Shown here piece after piece: positions 54,775 through 64,000 of a stretch of 64,000 nucleotides of DNA. This DNA comes from Diplonema japonicum. Lineage: Eukaryota; Protista; Euglenozoa: Diplonemea. A program made the position numbers and the translations under genes. The notes under the pieces are model-generated. The model did not search any database and was not told the DNA's origin. It saw nothing but the letters and a program-made list of their open reading frames with translations. The DNA is taken from assembly GCA_964019335.1 (NCBI GenBank), contig OZ025685.1, positions 434,001 to 498,000 on the forward strand, given 5' to 3'. Each line of letters begins with the position of its first letter. The first letter of the stretch is position 1.

Positions 54775-56091
54775 ATGAAGGAGTGGTTTGCGCAATATAG
54801 GCTGCGAGCAGTACGCGCAACAGAAAAGGACGCACCTGCAAAGGGCAACGAAGAATCATATGGAAGGGAGATGGGGCTGACGTCGAGGAGCGAGACGGGT
54901 CTCGACAATGCAAAAGAAGTCACCGATCCATGGAGGTGGGGAGAAGGCTGCGCTGCCGTTAACGCAGTAGCAGTAACATGCCAAGGCTGGCTGTGGCTGT
55001 TCTCCGGAATGGGGACCGCAGACATGCAATGGGAAGACGAATGCGTCCTAACCCGTGTACGTCCTTCTGACCCATCAACTCTAAAAAGGTACAGGTTCAG
55101 ATCAAAGGTCAGCCAAACACCCGACTCAACACGAGGAGGCGCTGGTGTCGTCGTCCCATCATGCAAAAAGTTTTTATCGACCCTTCCTGACTCCCCGGGT
55201 TTGTTTATATATAGCGGAAGAATGGCATATGCAGGTTCGGCTGAGGTACCAGAACGAAGAAGGGTTCTTTTAATACCGTTCCCGTCACCTACAGAGACCA
55301 CCTACGAGCTGTCGTATTTAACAATAACACATGAGGACACCGGTTCTCTCCTCCCAGCTCAGTTCGGGCACACTATGATCCATGATGAGGTGACAGACAC
55401 GTTAGCCGTTTTTGGAGGATACGATGGTGTCCTAGACAGGGATGTTCTGTTGCTCATTGACCCCGTTAAAAAAACATGGAAGGAGGTTTCCATTAAAGGC
55501 GAAACCCCTTTAGGAAGATGTTTCCACATTTGCGGCCGTGTTCCCGGCCATCCACTTCGTGTATGGGTATGGGGCGGCTTCAATACATCAGGCTGTTTAT
55601 CAGATGGTTGGGTTTGCGAAATAGACACCAAGACGAAGACGGGAAGGTGGACTCCTGACGGTTGTACTTATAAGTTACACCCAGAAGGCCGGCAAGCATC
55701 AGCAAGCTGTGTAATATGGGATCAGAAAGGGCATGTTCTGCTACAAGGGGGTTACAATAGGAATCGTATGTTTAGTGATTGGTGGGTCTTTGACATGTCG
55801 CAGCAGTGTTGGTTTCTTTTGAAGCCTCCCTTGCCTTCTCTGTACCTTAAGGGGCACAGTGCCGTGTGTATTCCTTCTAGCACCGGGGCTGATATTCTCG
55901 TTATCGGTGGGCAGCACGTTAACTCCACCAGAGATTTATATTCTATCAACCAGCACACGTTTAAGGTAGCTGTGGAGACCTCGTTAAAGCAGATTCTAGC
56001 TGCGTTCATATCTTCAACCCCTTCTCTGAAGCTCGCAACAGAACTCGGTACCCAGCCTGTTCAACCCCAGCGGCAAGGCCTGTCCTCGTGA
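54775..56091 (+). CDS. Kelch-repeat beta-propeller protein
   Basis: Repeated GG-containing blades (VFGGYDG, VWGGFN, LQGGYN, VIGGQ) with R..H and W spacing. Confidence 0.85.
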   Translation: MKEWFAQYRLRAVRATEKDAPAKGNEESYGREMGLTSRSETGLDNAKEVTDPWRWGEGCAAVNAVAVTCQGWLWLFSGMGTADMQWEDECVLTRVRPSDPSTLKRYRFRSKVSQTPDSTRGGAGVVVPSCKKFLSTLPDSPGLFIYSGRMAYAGSAEVPERRRVLLIPFPSPTETTYELSYLTITHEDTGSLLPAQFGHTMIHDEVTDTLAVFGGYDGVLDRDVLLLIDPVKKTWKEVSIKGETPLGRCFHICGRVPGHPLRVWVWGGFNTSGCLSDGWVCEIDTKTKTGRWTPDGCTYKLHPEGRQASASCVIWDQKGHVLLQGGYNRNRMFSDWWVFDMSQQCWFLLKPPLPSLYLKGHSAVCIPSSTGADILVIGGQHVNSTRDLYSINQHTFKVAVETSLKQILAAFISSTPSLKLATELGTQPVQPQRQGLSS

Positions 56092-56946
56092 GACGCTCTC
56101 GAACAGGCCTGCGTGGTGAGTGGGAAAAAGGGGAAGAGAGGCGATAGTGCACCTCTCCTTTAAAAAATGTTTGCTCGCCATATTTTTTTGTAAATGTCTC
56201 TTTTTTTTTTTTTTTTTTTTTTTTTTCTTTTTTTTTTTATCATTATTCCCTCTCCTTTTTTTTTTGCTGGAACAAAAAGGTTTAAAAAAAAAAAAGTAAA
56301 GTGGAAAAATTAAAAAAAAATGTCAGGCTGCCAAAATTAACTCAGTCCGGGGGGGGGGGGGGGGGGGTGTTTTACTCACAGACACCCTGGATGTCGGTGA
56401 GGTGCTTCTTCCGGACTGTATCTGTGCTGCTTCCCCGATTTGGAAGATTTTTTGTTTCAACAACTAAGAAGGGTTGACTTACTGCCTTCAAGAGAAGCCT
56501 GACAAGCTCACCGCACCCCGGACGCAAAAAGAACTTGGGCATTGTCAGTTCGGGGGGTTTTCTTTTCACTTTACAGTATAATAATAAAAGGGAATGGAGG
56601 CAAAACTTTGTCAGTTCACCCTATGCTACGGCTTTTGCATAAACAAACAATAATCAGCCAAACTCTTTTTTTTTTTCTTTTTTCTTTTTGCCTTTTTCTT
56701 TCTTTCCTGGTGCGTTCGCCAAAAGGATAGAAAAAAGAGGGGGGGGGAAAGTTCTTCACTTTTGAGGAAAATCGATTGTGTTTGGGAGGGTTGTTTTCTT
56801 TTTATTTTTCTTCTTCTTTTTTGCAAGAACGAGTCTTTGACTTTGTCCTAAACAAAAAGGAATGTTGGTCAATGTGTTTCGGGTTGAACGGCCAGTTCCT
56901 TTTTTTTTTCTTTGATGGGGGTGAGGTGTACTTCTCTCACCTCGAA

Positions 56947-56981
<35 letters not shown>

Positions 56982-57196
56982 CTTTAATCACCACTATTGT
57001 GAGCGGCATATCCTCAAATGAGATTTAGCCTCTTTTGCCTTAAGTTTTCTTTTTTGTTGTTACAAAAAAAAAGGGGGGGGAGGGGGATACCAACGACCCT
57101 GATTTAAAACAAAGAAAAAGGAAAGAAATTAAATACACTTTTTGAAGACCTAATATGGGAAGAAGAAGAAAAAAAGAGAAAAGAAAATTCCCATTA

Positions 57197-57395
57197 CCGT
57201 ATTTGTACTTAATGTGAAACGGGAAAAAAGTTCAAAAAGAATCCTTTTCCCCTTACCGCCCGTTTGTTCCATATTTATACTGTAGCCCGGTGCCTAAAAG
57301 AGCCAAAATAAAATAATAATAGTAAAAAAAAAAAAAAACTAAGAATCACAAAAAAAAATTTTTTTTTTCCCGTACCATGTGAAGTTCAAATACGG
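57197..57395. mobile_element. Tc1/mariner-pogo-type MITE with TA target-site duplication
   Basis: TA|ccgtatttgtacttaatgtgaaacgggaaaaaa ... ttttttcccgtaccatgtgaagttcaaatacgg|TA: ~33-bp imperfect TIRs starting CCGTA. Confidence 0.75.
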
Positions 57396-58422
57396 TATTC
57401 CGCTGTAATATAATTTTTTAGCAGAGTTGAAACCAACTCTCTTCCCCCCCCCCCCCCCCCCCCCCCTCCCCTTTTTTTCGGCATTGGAGCAGTGAAGTAA
57501 GGCCTTGAGGATATAAGCTCTTGACAATACCACGTCTGCATTCGTCACCACTAGGTGCGTTTTGCACCAAACTGCGTTGGACAATAGACAAGGTAAACTA
57601 CGGGAAATGCGGGCTCCCAGAGGGGGGGAGAAAAAAAAAAGGAAGGAAGGAAGGGACCGGGCACAGGGCTGCTCTGTCAGTTTCTTGATAATTTTGACGA
57701 AACAACGCGGTGACTGGGAATGGGTATAAAAAGAGAAGGGAGGGAGGAAAGACAGAAGACTTGAGTTAGTGGAACTTATCCTTTCTTGAGGACACCTATG
57801 CCCTCAGGGCCTGTTAAAGGCTTAAAAGAAAAAGAGGGGAAAATAATTTACAAAAAAAAAAAAAGAAAGAGTACAGTGGAATTACCACTGATTCGCCTTC
57901 CTTTCACCCCCCCCCCCCCTTTTTCATAGCACTGGTAACATACCAAGGTTTTAGGACAATTTAAGAGTCCGGCAGATTAGTCTTCAACACATGAGGTACC
58001 TCTGACACTTAAAGAGGGCGGGTTTGGGGGGGGGGATTGTTTTTACTTTCTTTTGATGAGTCTTGACTTCTTTAAGCAAAAGGGGAATGTTGGCAACGTA
58101 TTTTGCGGGTTATAAACTTCTCCAGATTTTCTACCCCCCCCCCCTCCCCCGGCATGTGCAAACAACGGCCAGCTCCTCTTTTCTTTTTTTTTTTAGTTTC
58201 CCTTTTCTTAACTTAAACTATGCGGTATGGCCTTTACTCTCTACATCTGTCCCTTTATTCTTCTCTCCCCCCTGTTTTTTTTTTTTTTTTTTTTTTCATT
58301 GTTACCCTGCCATGAGAAGTAAATAATCCCCCTTCCCCCCTCTTCTCCTCATCTGTCTTAAGTCTCAACTAATATTCCGCTTTCACTGCATTCTCCACTG
58401 CCAATATCCACAGCGCAGGGAA

Positions 58423-60375
58423 ATGGATGCTTGCATGTACATAGATGGGCAGCCTGTGAGCAGCTACACAGAGTACAAGAGAGCGGTGCAAGTGAGGAGT
58501 GAATTCGACGAAGAAAAGCCGTATGCTGCTGTGGTGCTGTTGGCCGATTCGCAGCTGATGTTCTGGAAGGAGGAGGGTCTGTGGTGGGTGAATAGGGTGA
58601 AATGCGAGCTCCCGTCGCGTGCCTTAGAGTATGACGGCGGAGAGGCTGCTATCAAAGCTTCTTACGTAGGTGTGGCAAACGGGGACCTGCCTGAGTTCTT
58701 TGAGCTTTTCGAAGCAGCCATGGAGTTGATAGGCATCACGGACTGCAAGCACATCCACCACCCGCCCACTGACGCTGAGCGAGCGCATCTAGAGCAGTCG
58801 GATGTAGTCCTACTCGCAGGTGGGGACATCCAGAAGGCTACCACCGCGTTCACCGACTACATCGGCGAGGCTATCAAGTGGCGTTACTACGACGGTGCTG
58901 TGGTCATCGGTGTTGGGACCTCGGCCACTCTCCTCGGCACGACCGCATGGAAGCACACCACCCCCACAGCCTACGACACCTTTAAGGGTCTTGGTCTTAT
59001 CCCTGTCATGGTCGGCCATGCAGCAGAAGTCCCTACCGTTGTTAAGCAAACCGGCTACGGCAGCGTTGCCCTCGGTCTGCACAAAGGCGGCGGAGTGCTC
59101 TTCAACACAGACGGCACCTTCGAACCCGTCAAAGAGATCATCACAGAAGTCCACTACCCATACACCGAAGACAGGGTCACCACTACCATGGTCGCACCTC
59201 CTGAGAAGGGCGAGGGCATCCTCGTCGCTGTCAAGAAGCTCGCTGCACGCATGGAGACCGCCAAGGCAAAGAAGGGCACTGGGGCAAACAACAGCACAGA
59301 GAGAGAGGTCGCCCCCAGTGTGGAGGAGGCGGAGATGGAGGTGGGTGCCGTGCACATCACACGCGCAGAAGGTATCAGGAACCTGGGCAACGATGCATTC
59401 AAGCAGGAGGACTTCAAGGAGGCCCTGAAGCTCTACCGGTCTGCCCTGTTGATCGACCGCACGAATGTGAAGACGGCACTCAACATATCCTTCACGTTGT
59501 TGAAGATGCAGAACCTGCCTGACGCCCTGAAGGCAGCGCACCACGCCATGTCGTTATCGTGCGGGAAGTCGGCGAAGGCGTGGTACCGGCGTGCTACTGT
59601 GCTGCTGGCCATGGGGAACACGCACCACGCGAAGCTGGACCTCATGGAGGCCTCAGCGCTGGCACCGTTGGACAGCACTGTGAAAGACCTTCTTGAAAAT
59701 GTGAACGAAAGGATTGAAGAGAATAAAGGCAGTAAAAGCGAGTTATTGAAGCCGACCACCAATGGTGTGCTTGAGGTTGTAGACGACATGGGGCTGCAGC
59801 TAAGCACGATTGAGGCGGAAGAGGAATGGAAAGCTCTAGAGACAGTGAGGGTGACGGGGTGCTGGTTGCGTGAGCATGGGTGCAAAGTGCTTTTAAGTGC
59901 AATGCGACTGAGTGATGTATTAGTAGAGGTAGACTTGAGGAACAACGCTATAGGCGATGCTGGTGTGCGGGAATTAATGGGTGCTGGCGTGTTCGGGTCG
60001 TTGGAGAAGCTCAACCTAAGCTTCAACAACATAACGGACAGTGCACTACCTGTCTTCACGCCCGACCTTGTCAAGCACTTAGATCTCTCTGGGAACAGGC
60101 TCACATTTGCTGCTGCCGCGCACTTCTGCCCGCAGACCCGCCACCCGACCGCTCTCACTCATTTGTCCCTTTCGCACCAACATCCCCCGCTGCGACATGA
60201 CTCCCTTTGGCGCCTTTTCCCCCCACCTGCGTCCAACCTTCAGGAGCTCGGTCTCTACGGCACGCCCGTTGACACGCCCACGGCCCACAGGCTCAAGATG
60301 CGTCTCAGGGAAACAAACTGCCTCATCATGGTCGGCAGTGACACTGCGCCAGATCAACATGCCCCTATGTACTGA
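58423..60375 (+). CDS. Fusion of peptidase S51/class I GATase-like domain, TPR and LRR
   Basis: LLADSQLMFW, YVGVANGDLPEFF, LLAGGD, RYYDGAVVIG; TPR GNDAFK..KAWYRRA; LRRs DLRNNAIGD, NLSFNNI, DLSGNRL. Confidence 0.82.
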   Translation: MDACMYIDGQPVSSYTEYKRAVQVRSEFDEEKPYAAVVLLADSQLMFWKEEGLWWVNRVKCELPSRALEYDGGEAAIKASYVGVANGDLPEFFELFEAAMELIGITDCKHIHHPPTDAERAHLEQSDVVLLAGGDIQKATTAFTDYIGEAIKWRYYDGAVVIGVGTSATLLGTTAWKHTTPTAYDTFKGLGLIPVMVGHAAEVPTVVKQTGYGSVALGLHKGGGVLFNTDGTFEPVKEIITEVHYPYTEDRVTTTMVAPPEKGEGILVAVKKLAARMETAKAKKGTGANNSTEREVAPSVEEAEMEVGAVHITRAEGIRNLGNDAFKQEDFKEALKLYRSALLIDRTNVKTALNISFTLLKMQNLPDALKAAHHAMSLSCGKSAKAWYRRATVLLAMGNTHHAKLDLMEASALAPLDSTVKDLLENVNERIEENKGSKSELLKPTTNGVLEVVDDMGLQLSTIEAEEEWKALETVRVTGCWLREHGCKVLLSAMRLSDVLVEVDLRNNAIGDAGVRELMGAGVFGSLEKLNLSFNNITDSALPVFTPDLVKHLDLSGNRLTFAAAAHFCPQTRHPTALTHLSLSHQHPPLRHDSLWRLFPPPASNLQELGLYGTPVDTPTAHRLKMRLRETNCLIMVGSDTAPDQHAPMY

Positions 60376-60598
60376 CAAGGTCTCTGACAAAGTGTGGTAA
60401 TTCGAGATACGGTTGTCCCCCCCCCCCTTTTTTTTACAAAGAATTGAGAACTTATGGCTGTGGGTGTCGTCCCTCGTCAGCACATACACGGTACGCGGGT
60501 GGTGGTTTGGTTTTACACGTTTTTTTTTTTTTTTTGCTTCATTTTATTGTTTACCCTTTTCTTTGTATCACACCCTGCACCAAGCACCCAGCCCTAGC

Positions 60599-62605
60599 AT
60601 GTCGGAGACTAAGCCGCCTGATGCATCAGCGTACTGGCGCGCAGGACAACAATCATTGAAAAAGGGCGATCAACAACGAGGGATAGCGCTTTTACAGCAT
60701 GCAACCAAACTCGACAGCGGACATGCTGGCGCGTGGCTTAGTTTGGGTGTCGCACTAGCAGGTCTGGGGCAAACAGGGAGCGGAGCAGTATGCTTGGCCA
60801 TGGCCACTGTAAAGGCACAGGCAGACTCGCAGGGCAGGTGGCCAGACACGGTAGGCCCCGTTGCCAAGACCAACCTTCACTCGATGGCCACAAAGAACAT
60901 GCTGTGGCCCACCAATCTTGCATCTCGCCTGTCAGATCCATCCTACTCAAACTTCTTGGTGCGCTGCCTGCAGAAGCATCCATCGCTCCCCAATAGCCTG
61001 ACACTCGTCCACTCAACAGGCCTCGAGACCAAGACCCTCTGCACGGCCTTTCCTTCCCACACCGTTGCCACCGTCCAGACATCGCAGCTAATGAACCTCG
61101 TAGAGGCCAACATGTGTGCCAGCTGCAGCAACAAGGAGGTTGTCGACGAGATGCCCACCCCTACTGACAGCGAGCTGGTCGTGCTGGGAAGTTCTCGCTT
61201 TCCCGCCGTGCAAAGCTCAATGCCCGCATCTTGCGTGCCTGAAACGACAGTTGTTTACGGTTGCCTCGTGGAGTCGAAGGACTTGTGGGATCTCAACTTC
61301 GTGTCCGTGCAAAACCTGGAGACAGACACTGGGTGCAGTGATATGAGCGCGGCCTGTGAAGGTTTAAAAGGGCGGAGTCGGCCTGTTACGTCTTACAAGT
61401 GGGGTGTGAAGCAACTTAGCGAGAAGGTTGAGATGAAGGAGTACGGAAGCGGGGAGGGGTTTCATGGTGTGAAGACGAAGATAACGGTAACGCAGAAAGG
61501 GGAGTGCGCTGGGCTGTTGGTGTGGACAGGGTTCAGGCATAAGGGCGAGGAGTACGAACTGGGCCCTGACAAGGAAGTGCCGCACGTGGTACAATTTATG
61601 TTGTACAGGGACAGCGTGGTGAGTGTGGATGTCGACGATGAGGTAGGTGTCGACGTGCGACTCGACGGGGAGCAGCTGGAGTGCACCTTTGACGAAGTGG
61701 CACCGCAGCCTATCACACTAGACAGCAGGCTGCCCCCATATCATGCTGTCATGCTGAATGACACAGCCAGGACAGTTGCATACCGAGATGGCTTGCTGCA
61801 GGTTGCAGAGAAAAGTTCTTCATCATCGCTTGTTCTCGACCTGGGGTGCGGGACTGGCTTGCTTTCGGTTTTGGCAGCTAAAGCTGGTTTCCAGAACGTG
61901 GTGGCCGTCGAGAGGTTCCAGGAAATCGCAGACATTGCTGAGAAGCTCATCACGCAGAACGAGCTGCAGGACAGTATCAAATTAGTTGTCAAGCACAGCA
62001 CGGACATAGTTGTGGGAGAAGGTAGCGACATGCCGAAGCAAGCCGATGTGATGGTGCATGAGATCTTTGGCACCGACCCGCTGTCAGAAGGGTTTATACC
62101 TGCCTACAACGAAGCTGTGCGAAAGGGTCTGATCGGGAAGGGAACAGTATTCTGCCCTTGCAAATTCCGAGTGTGGGCCGCGGTGGCGTCGAGCGAGTCC
62201 CTCTGCAGGCAGGGAGGACTGCACAACGAGGCCACCTCATCGTTCATCATCCCCAGGAAGCTCGAGGAGGATGTAGCCAAGATTAAAGACGTGAAGTACC
62301 ACACCCAACCCGAAGTCGTGTGGGAGGTGGACCTGACTGGTGAGCTGCTTCCTATCAGCGGGTCTCGCAGCGTGACCCTCCCGTGTACGAACCCCTCCCC
62401 CACAGCTCATCTTGTCATCTATTGGTTCGACTTCTTGAACGGGGACAGCGCACTCTACTCGACACAGCCCACCGGAACACCCGCCACCCCCGTTGCACAC
62501 TGGGTGCATAATATCGAGCTCCTCCCTGAAGGGGTTGCTCCGTCAGAAGAAGGTTATGGCCTGAAGATGTCATGGGCGGCTGACAGAGTGATGTTCAGCG
62601 CGTGA
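60599..62605 (+). CDS. TPR plus PRMT7/PRMT9-like protein arginine methyltransferase (degenerate module followed by intact module)
   Basis: N-terminal TPR; C-terminal module HAVMLND..R..AY, VLDLGCGTGLLS, VAVE, double-E loop EIFGTDPLSE, HW. Confidence 0.82.
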   Translation: MSETKPPDASAYWRAGQQSLKKGDQQRGIALLQHATKLDSGHAGAWLSLGVALAGLGQTGSGAVCLAMATVKAQADSQGRWPDTVGPVAKTNLHSMATKNMLWPTNLASRLSDPSYSNFLVRCLQKHPSLPNSLTLVHSTGLETKTLCTAFPSHTVATVQTSQLMNLVEANMCASCSNKEVVDEMPTPTDSELVVLGSSRFPAVQSSMPASCVPETTVVYGCLVESKDLWDLNFVSVQNLETDTGCSDMSAACEGLKGRSRPVTSYKWGVKQLSEKVEMKEYGSGEGFHGVKTKITVTQKGECAGLLVWTGFRHKGEEYELGPDKEVPHVVQFMLYRDSVVSVDVDDEVGVDVRLDGEQLECTFDEVAPQPITLDSRLPPYHAVMLNDTARTVAYRDGLLQVAEKSSSSSLVLDLGCGTGLLSVLAAKAGFQNVVAVERFQEIADIAEKLITQNELQDSIKLVVKHSTDIVVGEGSDMPKQADVMVHEIFGTDPLSEGFIPAYNEAVRKGLIGKGTVFCPCKFRVWAAVASSESLCRQGGLHNEATSSFIIPRKLEEDVAKIKDVKYHTQPEVVWEVDLTGELLPISGSRSVTLPCTNPSPTAHLVIYWFDFLNGDSALYSTQPTGTPATPVAHWVHNIELLPEGVAPSEEGYGLKMSWAADRVMFSA

Positions 62606-62676
62606 GAAGGATATCGGTTTATTCAACCTGTACAGACACTCATCAATACACACAGGAAAAAGAAGAAGAAAAAAAA

Positions 62677-63834
62677 ATGCAGCAAGAACTGGTCGACGCG
62701 GCAATGGGCTTGTGCAAAGGTGTGCACTATGGACCGGGGAAGCTTTCGGTGCTTGGGGAAACATTAGAGGGGCTTAACGGTGAAGCTCTTGTATTTGTGG
62801 ACCAGAACGGGTTTGGACCGTGCGGTGCGGAGGCATACATGGAAGGGCTCGGGGAGGACCTGAAAAAAAAGTTCACCATTGTTCAGTTTGCAGGGAAGGC
62901 GTTGCCATTAGAATGCGTGGAGGAGCTGTACGAGGGCGTGAAGGAAAAGGCGAACGTAAAGCTCGTCGTCGCCATCGGAGGCGGCACCGTCATGGATCTC
63001 GCAAAATGCATCGCAGTCGCCCTGAGCACCAAGGCAGCCAGCGTCGACGACGTCGTGGAGAAGAAGGCAACGGGCAACACCATCGATTTACTCTTTGTAC
63101 CGACCACTGCAGGAACAGGCTCAGAGGCCACCACCTTCGCAGTGGTCTACAAGAACAAGGTAAAGCGTTCGGTTGACGAACCAGCTCTGCTGCCGGGATC
63201 CGTCATTCTCGATGAAAACCTTATCAAATCTCTCCCGAAGCCAGTTCTGTACACCACTGTACTAGATGCCCTGGCTCACTCTACTGAGTCAACATGGGCA
63301 CGTGGCGGGACTGACGAAAGCCGTGAATACGGACAGATGGCCATTAGGTGCATTTTAACCCACACCCTATCAGGCTACCAGCTCGGGTCGCACTTAGCAG
63401 GGAAGGCTATTAACATCTCACGCACGACCCTGTCCCACGCTATGTCGTATTTCATGTCAGCCCACCATGGTGTCCCGCACGGCACTGCTTGCTTCCTGAC
63501 GCTTCCTTATGTTGCGGAGTTCAATTACAAGGCGACGGAGGCCACATTGAGCCCGGGGTACACCATGGAAATGCTGGAGATGGCGTTTAAAAAGCTGTTC
63601 TCGGCATATGGAGTGGACACTGTCAAAGGGATGCAAGGGGTTCTCTTTGGGTTCATGGAGAAGTTCGGTATCTCGCCGGATTTGGCGTCGTATGGTGTTA
63701 CTGATGTTGAGACGCTTGCTGCAAACAGTATCACCCCGGGTAGGAGTGACAACAACCCCAGACAGGCTTCAGTTGAGGACTGTGCTATGATCCTGAGGGA
63801 GGTCCTTGTTAAGTCGGCGCCGAATGGGTTTTGA
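62677..63834 (+). CDS. Iron-containing alcohol dehydrogenase, phosphonoacetaldehyde reductase (HEP dehydrogenase)-like
   Basis: GGGTVMDLAK, PTTAGTGSEATTFAVVY, DALAHSTES, GKAINISRTTLSHAMSY, HGVPHG. Confidence 0.85.
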   Translation: MQQELVDAAMGLCKGVHYGPGKLSVLGETLEGLNGEALVFVDQNGFGPCGAEAYMEGLGEDLKKKFTIVQFAGKALPLECVEELYEGVKEKANVKLVVAIGGGTVMDLAKCIAVALSTKAASVDDVVEKKATGNTIDLLFVPTTAGTGSEATTFAVVYKNKVKRSVDEPALLPGSVILDENLIKSLPKPVLYTTVLDALAHSTESTWARGGTDESREYGQMAIRCILTHTLSGYQLGSHLAGKAINISRTTLSHAMSYFMSAHHGVPHGTACFLTLPYVAEFNYKATEATLSPGYTMEMLEMAFKKLFSAYGVDTVKGMQGVLFGFMEKFGISPDLASYGVTDVETLAANSITPGRSDNNPRQASVEDCAMILREVLVKSAPNGF

Positions 63835-64000
63835 AAGAAATTTTAGTGTGATAATAATTTTTATTTTCTTACTTTCTCATCTTCCTCTCTTTCCTTCCGT
63901 CTTTCATCTATTTGGTCAGCGGGCCATAGCCGTTTTTTTTTTTTTTTTTTTTTGAAAATATGTATTCGTTGCGGAAAAGGTTTTCTTTCCGAGCGAAACA

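Noticed and set aside
10348-58326. Poly-K/poly-F/poly-P ORFs and N-terminal extensions in the ORF track
   Set aside because: They are translations of intergenic homopolymer runs from non-ATG starts; starts were reassigned to downstream ATGs.
60397-60441. Intron-like 45-nt segment (GTAATT..ACAAAG) after the S51-TPR-LRR stop
   Set aside because: It lies downstream of the stop and no coding join works; at most a UTR intron, which cannot be supported without cDNA.
62602-62677. PRMT-ADH fusion through an intron starting GTGAGA at 62602
   Set aside because: Neither candidate AG (62635, 62655) gives an in-frame join, and the donor does not match the local GTAT consensus.
319-63755. Many long minus-strand ORFs (e.g. 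319-1719, 17309-18385, 30259-31311, 39928-40914)
   Set aside because: They are antisense shadows of GC-rich + strand genes and show no family motifs.
1-64000. tRNA, rRNA, SL RNA or telomeric arrays
   Set aside because: I recognised no cloverleaf, rRNA-length homology or (TTAGGG)n array by eye; small snoRNAs cannot be excluded.

Overview
This window is eukaryotic protist nuclear DNA, most likely a diplonemid euglenozoan (inferred, not proven). About 24 protein genes all lie head-to-tail on the + strand, like a polycistronic transcription unit, yet several carry very short GT-AG cis-introns. I could reconstruct 13 of these introns (35-63 nt, donor mostly GTAT, usually no polypyrimidine tract). 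Recognisable genes are P5CR, two purple-acid-phosphatase-type enzymes, a tandem-PX protein, an RJL GTPase, an RNF32-like protein, a histidine phosphatase, an AlkB dioxygenase, TM9SF, a BEACH-WD40 protein, a Kelch protein, a PRMT7/9-like methyltransferase and a phosphonoacetaldehyde-reductase-like Fe-ADH. Intergenic DNA is dominated by homopolymer runs, with many small TIR/foldback (MITE-like) elements and decayed coding fragments between them. The most notable observations are: (1) two secreted CAP proteins with divergent N-terminal heads on a nearly identical ~900-bp Cys-rich C-terminal cassette; (2) several rearranged or apparently dead enzyme modules (PIP kinase split by KOW/PDZ inserts, PRMT with reversed active/dead module order, S51 peptidase-TPR-LRR, PARP-like fold); (3) 3'-clustered, A-rich mini-introns; (4) a conserved ~40-nt intergenic element and a 130-nt hairpin with strand-asymmetric mismatches. 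All family calls come from motif recognition by eye; no searches were run.
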